A model generated the notes under the pieces. The model saw only the letters and a program-made list of their open reading frames with translations. It was not told the DNA's origin and made no database searches. A stretch of 63,562 bases of DNA, filler included, from Conidiobolus incongruus B7586 (taxonomy: Eukaryota): NCBI GenBank assembly GCA_000697335.1. It is 6 parts of 6 records of this genome, joined end to end, with 100 filler letters (N's around TTAATTAATTAA, not from the genome) between each part and the next. Parts side by side here need not be neighbours in the genome. Positions count along the whole stretch, not along the records: positions 38,090 to 52,826 come from JNEM01006050.1; positions 52,927 to 58,982 come from JNEM01006053.1; positions 59,083 to 60,859 come from JNEM01006056.1; positions 60,960 to 63,562 come from JNEM01006060.1; 2 more parts are not named here. The stretch is one strand, 5' to 3'. A program made the position numbers and the translations under genes. Positions 51,979 to 63,120 of the stretch are shown here, in pieces (within the stretch, counting starts at the first letter, position 1; every line of letters starts with the position of its first letter).

Positions 51979-52826
51979 ATGGGTAAACGTTTCAAGAAGA
52001 ATAAGGTACAATTTTTAATGATCATAATATTTTTTTCCTGATTTATTTCAATAGGGGCAAAACCAAAACAAGGATAGTCAAGGTCAACAACCTCGTAAAG
52101 AGAGACTCCATTACGATGAAGCCAATAAAGATAACGAAAAATTCTTCGAATATTATAAAGTACTTAAAAATAATATATATTTAAAAAAATTTTGTTGAAT
52201 AATTTTTTAGTTACAAAATATCATCCCCAATGAAGAAGAGTTTGAGCAATTTAAAACTTATTTGAAGGAATCTTTGCCCGTTACTTTCCGTATTACTGGT
52301 ACCAGAAGGTAATTTAATTTGCAATATTTTCAAAAGATCTTTCAAATTAATTCTGATTTCAGTCAAGGTATGGAAATTTTGAATATGCTCAAGAACCGTT
52401 TCATTCCCAGTCTTGAGGGCAAGACCATCGATGGTGAGCCTATTCAACCTCCATTTCCTCTCCCTTGGTATCCTGATGAGTTCGGATGGCATGTTCCCAG
52501 TTCCCGCACCAATGTCAGAAAATGCGAAGAATTCCAAGAATTCCACAAATTCTTGGTTGGTGAAACTGATGTCGGCAATATCAGCCGTCAAGAAGCCGTC
52601 AGTATGGTTCCCCCATTGTTGCTCGGTGTTGAGCCTCATCACTATGTGCTCGATATGTGTGCTGCTCCTGGATCCAAAACTAATCAGTTGATTGAAGCTT
52701 TGCACAGAGAGGATTTGAGCCGTATTAGTTCAGATGATTTGGATGATTTGGAAGCACATTTAGCTGTTAATGTTCCTAAGGGACTGATTATTGCTAATGA
52801 CGCCAACCAAAAGAGAAGCTACACTC
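51979..52826 (+). CDS. NSUN2: tRNA (cytosine-C5) methyltransferase Trm4/NSUN2, 5' part (truncated by gap)
   Basis: LPVTFRITG, PLPWYP, GNISRQEAVSMVPPLLL, VLDMCAAPGSKTNQLIE and IANDANQKRSY. Confidence 0.93.
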
Positions 52827-52926
52827 NNNNNNNNNNNNNNNNNNNNNNNNNNNNNNNNNNNNNNNNNNNNTTAATTAATTAANNNNNNNNNNNNNNNNNN
52901 NNNNNNNNNNNNNNNNNNNNNNNNNN
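52827..52926. other. Assembly gap with artificial linker
   Basis: N44-TTAATTAATTAA-N44; interrupts two convergent genes. Confidence 0.97.
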
Positions 52927-53885
52927 GCAGAAGCAACGAATTTCTTGATATGTTCAATTTCAGCTTGTTGTTTGTTGTAGGCCTTCATTTGATTGACTTC
53001 GTTTTCGGCCTTAGTCTTGACAAATGTATCATAATTACCACCATAGTAGACTAAAGTCTTCAAGTGAGTCAAATGCATGATATTGGTACATACACCATTT
53101 AAGAAATCTTGAGAGTGAGAAACAACAACCAAGATACGCTTGTAGGTCTTAAGGTATTCTTCTAACCAGACACAGGCTTCCAAATCCAAGTGATTGGTGG
53201 GTTCATCTAAAAGCAATAAAGTGGGTTTACAGAATAAAGCCTTAGCCAACGAAACTCTCATTCTCCAACCACCAGACATATCCTTAGTCTTCTTTTGCAT
53301 ACTCTTGGCATCGAAACCTAAACCGTTCAAAAGGACAGCGGCGCGAGATTCAAAAGTACTGGGATCAAGTTCTTCAATACGTTCATAAATATCATCCAAT
53401 AAGGGGTTTTCAGCACCACCGTCTTCAGCTAAAATATCTTCAATTTGAGCTTCAAGTCTAGCAATTTCCTTTTCGGCAGAATCAATTACATATTCCACGG
53501 CGGTCATATCAGTAGCGGGTGCTTCCTCATTTAACAAATAAATATCGGTGTGTTCGGGAATGGGAACTTCGCGAGCAGCGAGACATTGTAAAAAGGTAGA
53601 TTTACCACTACCATTGGCACCGATCAAACCATAACGACGACCAAAGTTAAGTTCGATGGTAGCATTAGAAACTAATAATCTTCCGTGGAAAGATAGAGTA
53701 AATGATTCAATTTTAATATCTCTAGAATTTTCTTGGGAGGCTAAAACACCAGTAGCACTACGATCATAGTTTAAAGTTAATTTTTTAAGTTCGGGAACGG
53801 GGTTAGAACTTTCAGTAGGAGTGCTAGTTCCAGAATTCTTTTTACTTCCCTTAGCAGCACGCTTAGCTTTAGCACCTCCAGCCAT
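52927..53885 (-). CDS. ARB1: ABC-F family ATPase ABCF2/Arb1, 5' part (truncated by gap)
   Basis: RYGLIGANGSGKSTFL, KDMSGGWRMRVSLAKALF, LLLDEPTNHLDLEACVWLEEYL and VSHSQDFLNGVCTNI. Confidence 0.95.
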
Positions 53886-54088
53886 TATGTTTAATAGTAA
53901 TAATAATTATTATATAATAATTTAGTGTATAAAATCTATTAGGAATAAATTCCCTGATGGTGTAAATGATGTTGTAATGAATGAAAAACTTAAATAATTG
54001 TGGATATAAAAAAACAAAAAACACAAATTATGGTATTGTGAAATCATTCGTATATGATTTAATTATGCTTTTTCTCCACATCGTACAA

Positions 54089-54160
54089 GCGCCAGTAGTA
54101 TAATGGTTAGAATACTCGCCTTCCAAGCAAGTGGTCTGGGTTCGATTCCCAGCTGGCGCA
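54089..54160 (+). tRNA. tRNA-Gly(UCC)
   Basis: GCGCCAG/CUGGCGC acceptor stem, anticodon loop CUUCCAA, T arm CUGGG UUCGAUU CCCAG, followed by a T-run. Confidence 0.93.
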
Positions 54161-54509
54161 ATTTTTATTTTTTCTATTACAATCTAATTATATTTTTTTA
54201 TAATAATCTTATTCACTTGACCAGATTTAATGTAATAATTTAATATGTTTTAAATTCATTGTCTACTATCATCTAAAATTAGAAATACAACATTTATTTT
54301 TACAAAATTGAAATTCGAATTTATATAAATAATTTTGAAATGAAGAATTTCATCCAAAAAAATTGGTTCCAATAATATTAACAAAAATATATTAATATTG
54401 AATTGGGTTTTTTTAAAATTACTATTTTGTTTCAAATATTAATGATATATAAATGTGTAGTTTGGTATTTTTCGTCGTGTTTTTAAAGATATAAGTTTGA
54501 AATTAATTG

Positions 54510-55215
54510 ATGATAATATACAATTATTTAATTTTACTTCTGATATACTTGATATCAGGTTTTCAAGCTGGTGAATAATACAAATCCCAAGCTCGACTCA
54601 ATTCTTATTACTTAAACCAAACAACATGTAATTTACCTAATTCTTATTATCCTCACTATGTAGCCATTGGTCCCAGTCATTTTAGAAATTCGCAAAGCTA
54701 TGGTGCTTGTATTTTAGCTAGAAATCCAGGGTCTTTGAAGAGCATCGAAATGGCGATTGTTGTTTTATGTGCGGGATGTCCCGAAAATGAGATCGTATTG
54801 GATACAGGATCGTTTAATGCAATTGGGGATACTGCTCAGGGGATGATTCCAATTTTATGGAAGTATGTCCCATGCAAAATTCAAGGGAATATTATATATC
54901 GTTGGATACCTGCTCCAGATTCTAAATTATATTAATTAGTGGTTATGGACGCTACAGTATATTAAAATGATCGAAATAAAGGTGAACGACTTTTATATCC
55001 CATTCATTAGGTATTCTCGAAATCAGTTTGGAGATATTAATATTCCTAGAAATGCAGCTGAGCTCAGAATTACAAGTATTTTTGACCAAGACAAAACTAA
55101 GCCTAAAGTTCCTGTCCAATCAAATCAAGATCTTCAAGGAACATTTCAATTTGACAAGGTTGAAACTGCAAAGAAAAGCCATATTCAACAAAAATCGAAT
55201 TACTCACACTGTTGA
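54510..55215 (+). pseudogene. Two-domain expansin-like (DPBB plus CBM63-like) pseudogene
   Basis: Signal peptide MIIYNYLILLLIYLISG, then YVAIGPSHFRNSQSYGACI, VVLCAGC, FNAIGDTAQGMIPILWKYVPC, GNIIYRW and LRITSIF. In-frame TAA at 54576 and 54933 and a frameshift near 54960. Confidence 0.7.
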
Positions 55216-55542
55216 GAAATAGATTGTATAATAAAATTTAACTAATAAAACATTAATATGTAGATCATATATATTTCATAATAAAAATCATAAAATATGA
55301 ATTTCTATTCAAGTAGTTTTAACCATACTCTATTGATCGAGCCGTATTATTAAATTTTTATGATACAGACTGATTTAGAATTTTATCAATCTTATACTAG
55401 ATCAGAATTTGAATACTTAATTAATTTATTTATTTACTATTAAAAAATCAGTGACATATGGACTCATTTTTAAAAAATAATCATATTATCTAAAACCGCT
55501 AAAAGGTTTGAATAATAAATATAACTGAATTAGTGAAAGAAT

Positions 55543-57640
55543 CTAACTCCACATCTAAACAAATGTTATGATCAGTAAAAATACATTATTTGATAATAAA
55601 TATAAAGATACCTTAATCGTTCTGTCGGCACAACCTGTAAATAGCTCTTTATCACCCAAAGTCATTGCATGTACAAAACCTTTGTGACCTGTTAAAGTTG
55701 CAGTACATTGCCAATTTCTAGGATCCCAGCGCTTAACAGTATGATCAAAGCTAGCAGAGAATAATATGTCTTCAGAGCATTCCAATTGCCATACTTCCCA
55801 ATTATGCCCATGTAGTGTTGTTTCAAGAGTGTAATCTTCCAAATTATAGACGTGAATATTGGCATCATAGGTTGATGCATACAAATATTTATTGTCTTGA
55901 CTGACTGCACAATCTAAAATTTCAGAATCTTCAGCTTGAATGGTGTGAATGCAAGTTTGAGCTGAGACGTCCCAAATCTGTCAAAATATAAATGCTATTA
56001 ATATTATATTTTGAATATGAAATGAGTAAATATTACTCTAATAGTTTTATCACTAGATGCACTAATGATTCTTCCATTACGGAGAGGGATCAATGAATTG
56101 ATATTATCTGTGTGGCCTTCTAAAGTTGCATTCCACTGCAATGTTCTAGGGTCCCAAATCTGTCCTGATTGATTAGTAAATGTAATATATATAAAATGGT
56201 TAATATTACTTTGATAGTTTTATCAGAAGATCCTGAGAACAACTTTCCAAATCTACATAACAAAGCGTAGACTTTGCCATCGTGTTGATCAAGCTCATGA
56301 GCTGTCTGTGTATTAGAATCTGTCCAATCCCAAGCCTATAAGAATTCGTTAGATATATATTGATTATCAAACAAAAGCAAAAATTAAACCTTGATTAAAC
56401 CATCTGATCCAGCACTAAAAAATCTCTGATCATCTTGAAAAGCTGCTACAGCCCAAACCGAAGTACTGTGAGCCTTATTTTCCCAAATAAGTGTTTCAGT
56501 TTGAGTATCGAATATCTATCAAAATCAAGTTTAGTCTATTGGCATATAATTTAAGAAATCGTTATTACCTTTGTAGTACCATCGTGAGAACCAGAGAATA
56601 ATAAATGATTACTATAAGCTAAAGAGGTAATGCCACTAGTATTATCATTTAAAGTGTAATGACAAGATATTTGACCATATGGAAAACTCTTTTGAATATG
56701 TTAGTTAATGAGAAACTAACGCAGTAAATTACAAATAAGCTTACAGATTCAACTTCTTCTATGGCTTGGGAACTACTTGCAATATTTCTAGTATTATGAT
56801 CAATTCCATTTAATTGTTCTGTTAAATTGTTCTAAAGTGATATAATTAGAATAAATTGGATTAGTTATAATAAATATAATCTACGTTTTCAATAAATTTG
56901 GAACCAGATTTCAATTCTTCAATGATTAATTGTTGTTCCTAATATGATAAATAATTAATATATTGAATAGTCAATATGAATAATTAATTACATTAATCTG
57001 ATCTTGTAATTGTGATATTTTTTCCTGAGTATATTGAATAAAACCTTTAATCATTTCAAATGGACAACTTTGTAAATGAACATTTAATTCATTTTCAGAT
57101 CCTAAAAGACCAATTTTAGTATATATACTCATTATTGTTAAATGAATGGTTACCAATGAAAGAGCATCCATATTGACTATGGATACACAAGTTTGGTGCA
57201 AAAGCACAGTTTTTGAGGTGAAAATTTAAAGAATCCAGTCGGACAATAGCTTGACAGCCTGCCGATTTATGTTTACAATAAACGGGTAATTCATTTATTA
57301 AGCTAGCTAATGCAAGGTTTGGGTGGAGATCTATATTGATTGAAAGAATGTTAGTAGAATTCAATTTTAATTAATTTCACTTATTACCTTGGTCAGTTAA
57401 TCTACAACGACATAGAGGACAACAAGGTTCCCTTTCAATGCTCTGGTGAATACAAAATGAGCAATACGAATGGTGGCATCGATGTGTGATCACAGGGTCT
57501 TGATATATGTCTTGACAACTAAAAATAAATAGGTTAATTCCAGTAGCTACTATTTGATAATAAGCTATTTACATTGGACAAATAAGGGAATCTGAAGGTT
57601 TGCTGACAAACAGAAACTCACTAGTGGACATTGCCATCAT
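55543..57640 (-). CDS. TRAF7: RING + TRAF-type Zn finger + coiled coil + WD40 E3 ubiquitin ligase, TRAF7-like; about 12 exons
   Basis: Spliced reading: FLFVSKPSDSLICPICQDIYQDPVITHRCHHSYCSFC...CPLC, NLALASLINELPVYCKH, CIHSQYGCSFIGSENELNVHLQSCPFEMIKGFIQYT, then WD repeats (LFSGSSDKTIKIWD etc.) ending DRTIKMWS*. Confidence 0.8.
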
Positions 57641-58982
57641 TGGAAACGTGGGGAGAGATTACAAATTCAATTATTTTATATTAGCAATGTGTATTATAAT
57701 ATGATAATTATATCCAGCTAATAATAATATATTTTTTGAATATATTAATTTTAGATCTATTTTGAAATTGATATATTTTTCAGTTATATATGTTTTTAAC
57801 AAATAAAAATACAACAGAAGATTGTGTGGAGATCTATTATTAATCCAATTAATAATCCCATGATATTAATTTAATAAACAATTTTATTAAATTTTTGCTC
57901 ACATTAACTATGTGTGATAATTTATTGCACATTCGTTTATTTTTAAGTTTTTAATATTCATTGATATTGGAATAATGATATTAACAAAATTTAATAATTG
58001 ATTAATGTTATAGAAACAAATAAAATAATTCCAATATATATAAGTTTACCTGTATTTAATAGGATTCTAGAGTTAGCTTAAGAATCAAAATTGATTTTCA
58101 ATATTGAATACATCATTATAATGAAATATTAATCACTAACTCTTTATTATTTTGTTGATGTTAAATTTGATATTAATATTTTAATGAAAACATGGCCAAA
58201 TATCTGTTTCTTGACTATTAATATTCAATTAAATCATAATTATTTATCAGATTTTATATATGGAAAAAATTGTGATTAAAAAATTCAATACGATCATTTT
58301 TGAAGGTTACATCAAATACTGTTTGTCAAACAACAGAGCTAATTTATTTGAAATATGATTATATTACACACATTACGACTATTAAATCAATACAAATACT
58401 TATTAAATGATTTTAATAAAATAACAAGAATACTGCTTTTAATTACATGTGACTGAATACTATTAGATTAGTGAAAAAAATTGCATTACATATTATCTGA
58501 TACATCATTGATTAATTTTCTATCAAACTGACTTTCTATTACACCAAATTATATCTGATAACCATATATCTCAAAGAATTTAATAAAATAATGATAGCAA
58601 ATATATTTAATATCTGTTGAGTATATTATCAGATTAGTGATAATTACACTGTATAAATTCAATTGATATTTTTAACAGATCAATATTAAAATAAAAATTA
58701 AGTAATGGCAAAATTTCAAAATCTAAATTAAATAAAAATATTAATATATAAGTTATAAAAATTAATATACAATATATAATTAATTCACTATTTTATTATT
58801 AATAATACTTTATTATACTTTTAACAAGCTTTGAATATTCAAACGGTAGGTTTTTTATCAAAGATTAAAAAATATTTTAAAAATATTTTAATTTATTTAT
58901 AGAATTTTCTTTTATAAATATATTTTTTAATTAAAACATTTATAATTATATAAGTTATACTCTAATGAACATATTAGATATG

Positions 58983-59082
58983 NNNNNNNNNNNNNNNNNN
59001 NNNNNNNNNNNNNNNNNNNNNNNNNNTTAATTAATTAANNNNNNNNNNNNNNNNNNNNNNNNNNNNNNNNNNNNNNNNNNNN
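58983..59082. other. Assembly gap with artificial linker
   Basis: N44-TTAATTAATTAA-N44. Confidence 0.97.
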
Positions 59083-60790
59083 TAAGAATTAAGAGAAAAA
59101 GAAAAACCTAGTTTATTAAATAATTCAATGTTATTTATATAATTAATTTAATTATATAAGTATAAATTAATTATATAATTTATAATTAATTGGATTATAT
59201 GAAAGTATATATAAGAATTTAAAGAACTAGTTTCTTAACACTCCCCTAATAAATCTCTTAGAAAAAATATACTCCTTAAATTTTTACAAATAGGTATAAT
59301 AGGTTAAAGTATTCTTAATATTTTCTAGGGGTTCTTATATAACTTTTTTAATAAGATAACCCATTTATTTTACATAAAAATAAAGCTTATTCCTAATAGA
59401 TTTAAACTTAATTATATAATCAACATAGTATTTTTCTTCTCTATCTTAATTAATAATTAGATCTAGTTTTAAGGTTTTTAATCAATTAGGAAAAGTGTTA
59501 AAATCTTCAAAATATAGTATAATTTTAGATATATAAAAGGTAAAGTTGATCTTTAAAGTTAAAAGTAATTCCAAGGTAATATTTTCAAAATTTAAATCAA
59601 TAAATTAAATTTTATAGGGATTATAATATAATAATAAGTATTTAAGCTTTAAGCTAGATTTAAGTAGGGTAGGTTTAAAGGTAAATTATTCTAAGTATAC
59701 AAACATGTTAATTTTATATTTAAGAGGGTTTCTAGATAACTTTAAGTATTGTTATTCTATAATCCTTTAATTTTCTTCTAAGTTAAATTTAACAAGGGAA
59801 TTGATATGTTTGATATTAGATTAAAATTCAACAATGTTTAAAGATAAGTTAATTTAAAGTTTTAGAGTAATTATTAAATTAGGATATTTGTTATAATTAA
59901 TGAAATAAAAGCTAAAACCTGTTAATTTATTAATAAAGGTGTTGAATAAATATTAGAGTTAATAGATATAGGTATTTTAATTTAACTGATTAATGTTAAT
60001 ATAAGCTTTAATTATTTGCTTTAAGGTTTTAATAGTTTTTTTAACAAGTTTATTAATTTAGTGATGATTAATAGTAGACATAGCTAGGTTAATTTTAAAA
60101 GAAAAGGATAGTAACTTCTAGAATCAAAAGTTAAATTGTATATCTTTATCAAATATAATAGTTTGTGGAATTTTATAATAAGTAAAAATATTAGTGAATA
60201 ACAATTATGTAATATTTTTAGCTATAGAAGTTTTAAAATAAAGAATAAAATAAATATATTTGGAAAATAAATTAATTATAATTAGTAAGTTATTATAATT
60301 ATTTGTTGATTTAAGAATTTCTATAAAATTAAGTTGGATTTATTGTTAAGTTTTATTAAAAACTTATAAAAGAATAAGTTTACTATATTTTAGTTAAGTA
60401 TTATATTTAATTCTTTAGCATATATCATAGGTATTAATGTATTTCTAAACTAATTTAACTAAGGAAAGTTAGTAATACTTTATTTTAATTCTCTTAACAA
60501 TTTTTAATTAGTTTTAATATTCTTTAATAGGTAAACTATAACATTCATTAAATATTATTTGTTGGATCTTAAGAATGTTAAGAATATATATACAATTATT
60601 ATAATATAGTAAGTTATTGATAATTTTAAATCTTTTAACATATTTTAATTAGTTTTCTAATAGTTTAAAAAGTTCTTCTTTAATAAAAATAAAGAAATTA
60701 TTATTTGGTAGTGTTTTTTAAAGTAGTTTAATAAATTCTTTATTTCTTTTATTAATATTACTTTGTATTTTTAATAATAGGAATTTTTTA
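59083..60790 (-). mobile_element. Degenerate Ty3/Gypsy chromovirus: integrase, chromodomain, PPT and start of the 3' LTR
   Basis: Minus-strand relic motifs: YY*LSLVKLV*KYINTYDIC*RIK (HHCC region, about 60410-60480); INYFSKYIYF...YKIPQTIIFDKDIQF...MSTINHH*TK (integrase core); NPYKI...LKINFTFYISK (GPY/F); YYVDYII...FYVK*MGY...*EPLENIKN (chromodomain). PPT AGGGGAG at 59247-59241 abuts TGTT at 59240. Confidence 0.85.
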
Positions 60791-60859
60791 CAATTAAAAA
60801 TAAATAAACATTTGAATATATGATATATAAAAATAAATATATAATATAAATTTAATAGT

Positions 60860-60959
60860 NNNNNNNNNNNNNNNNNNNNNNNNNNNNNNNNNNNNNNNNN
60901 NNNTTAATTAATTAANNNNNNNNNNNNNNNNNNNNNNNNNNNNNNNNNNNNNNNNNNNN
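60860..60959. other. Assembly gap with artificial linker
   Basis: N44-TTAATTAATTAA-N44. Confidence 0.97.
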
Positions 60960-61551
60960 ATGATATTTAGTTATTAATTGATTAAAGTATAAATCTTTAA
61001 AATTTATTTGAAATAAGTTATAAATTTTTGGGTTTTTGATAATAGAAAAAATTAAAACTTAGTATATCTATCTTTAGCTTTTTTAACTTTTTTAAATTTA
61101 TAAGGTATAAAATCAATTAACTATTTATATTAAAAAAGGTTAATTTTATTTTATATCTTTTAAATAGATTATTAAAGCTAATTGAAATTTTTTTATTAGG
61201 GAAAAAGCTTTAATATCTATTTTGAATTAATTTTAAAAATATTTAATTAAGTTTTGATAAAAAAAATTGAAAAATATCTAATAACTATTATTTTATTATT
61301 TTTAATCTATTTGATAATAAAATCTATAATATTGCAAAAAATATTATCTTATCAAAAAAAATCATTAGATTTGTTTAACTATTATTATTCAATGGTTTTT
61401 TTAATTTATTATTTGAAATAATATAAAATATTATAATATTAATTCCTTTATTTATTTTTATATACCTTATATCTAAATATAGTATATATTAATTAATAAT
61501 AGTTCACCTATTATTATATTTTTAAATAAAATTAATATATTAGTTATAAAA
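60960..61551 (-). mobile_element. Older, heavily mutated Tc1-like copy, 3' part (host of the nested insertion)
   Basis: Collinear with about 61700-62290 of the younger copy (e.g. tagtatatctatctttagcttt vs tagtatatccaccttttgcttt). Confidence 0.75.
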
Positions 61552-61553
61552 TA

Positions 61554-63118
61554 CACTAGCCCACAAAAGTGAGTCATAAAATTAAAAATATATATATTTC
61601 TATTAATAACTTAATCAATTCTAATTTAAATAAACTTATATTAAACTATGTTATTAATATATATTTTTTTATTTATAATATAATATATATAGTTAAATTT
61701 AATTAATTATTAATTGATATATTAACATTAAAAGTATATTTAAGGTGAGTCATAAATTTGCAGGTTTTAATATTGATAGAAAAATTAATATCTAGTATAT
61801 CCACCTTTTGCTTTTCTAACTTCTTTAAATTTGTGGGGTATAGAGCTAACTAGCTTCTTATATTAGGCAAAACTAATATTATTCCAAGCTTCTTGAATAT
61901 ACTCCTAAAGTTGATTTAAATTTTTTGCTAGGGGGAAAGCTTTAATTGATTTTTTTAGTTGATCCTAAAGATATTCAATTGGGTTAAAATTAAGAGATTG
62001 AGGAGGTTATTTCATAATAGTTATTTTGTTATTTTTAAGCCATTTAATAGTAGAATTTGTAGTATAACAAGGTATATTATCTTGTTGGAAAATAATATTT
62101 GATTTTTTTAATCTATAACACTTAATAGTTTTTTTTTAATTTATTATTTAAAATACTTTGATACATTTCAGCATTAATTCCCCCATCAACCTTATAAAGA
62201 TACCTTATACTAGAAGATAACATATATCCACAAATTATAATTAACCTATTATTGTATTTTTGGGTTAAAATAACATAATGGTCATAAAGTAGTTTTTTAT
62301 CTTTTTTGAAAAATCTAGCTTTTCTATTAAATCTATTAAAATATAACTTTGTTTCATCAGACTAAATAACCTTACTCTAGTTAGTTTTAGTTCAACTTTA
62401 GTGTTGACATTTAAACTCCCACCTAACTCTACAATGGGATTTCTTTAGTTGGGGGTGTTTTTTCTTGAGATGTGAGTGGTATCTATTCTAATATAAAACA
62501 TATATAATAGTATCAGTACTAACTAATATTCCTGTATAGTCTTATAATTCTTGTTACACTTCTACAGTAATATTACACTTACTTATAATAACTAATCTAT
62601 AAATATACTTTTTATCATGTTTATCTATAATTTTAACATACCTAAGTTTTAGTTTAGGTGTTTTTATAGCATTATTCTAATAACCCTAATTATAGTAGAT
62701 TAGCTAGCATTAGTAATTCTAGCAATTTCATAAGTTGATTTATTTTTATTATGAAGTTGATTGATATATAAGTGAAATTTTTTAGAGAGAGATTTAGGCA
62801 TTGTAATATTAATTTTAAAATATTAGCTTAATAGTTTTATAATATATAATATAACAAAAAAAGAAAATATATATAAGTTATGTTATTTATACCCCTTTAA
62901 CTTATAAACCCACAAATTTATGACTCACTTTGGTTAAATTTTAGGTTTTGATATATTAATCAATAGCTAATGTAATATAATCAAATATAGTTAGTTATAA
63001 TCAATTAATATAGGTAAATTATATATTTTAATTTAAATTTATTTAATTAGGAATTGTTTAAGATATAAGTAAATATTTAAGTAATTTTGATTTTATGACT
63101 CACTTTTGCAGGCTAGTG
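61554..63118 (-). mobile_element. Tc1/mariner DNA transposon (DD34E), IR/DR type, TA target-site duplication, dead transposase at 62801-61785
   Basis: TA-CACTAGCCCACAAAAGTGAGTCATAAAA ... TTTTATGACTCACTTTTGCAGGCTAGTG-TA, with inner GTGAGTCATAAATTT repeats at about 61745 and 62915-62930. Transposase motifs VI*SDETK, FQQDN, *PPQSLNFNPIE (34 aa between D and E) and KAKGGYTRY*. Confidence 0.92.
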
Positions 63119-63120
63119 TA

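Larger units (their letters stand above)
5580..57861. promoter_or_regulatory. Recurrent upstream motif ATCCCAYAAW (dispersed; the span covers all sites)
   Basis: Sites at 5580, 6494, 6514(rc), 9787, 13574(rc, variant), 20094, 23991, 24355(rc), 25821(rc), 25967(variant), 33151(rc), 39913, 47522(rc), 49475, 51816 and 57855. Confidence 0.6.

Noticed and set aside
54576..54935. In-frame TAA codons as a sign of stop-codon reassignment
   Set aside because: Conserved genes in the window end in TAA or TAG normally and have no internal stops; the locus also has a frameshift.
55555..55611. Last TRAF7 intron begins GTATCTTT, similar to a U12-type donor
   Set aside because: No TCCTTAAC branch site; a U2-like TACTGAT is present instead.
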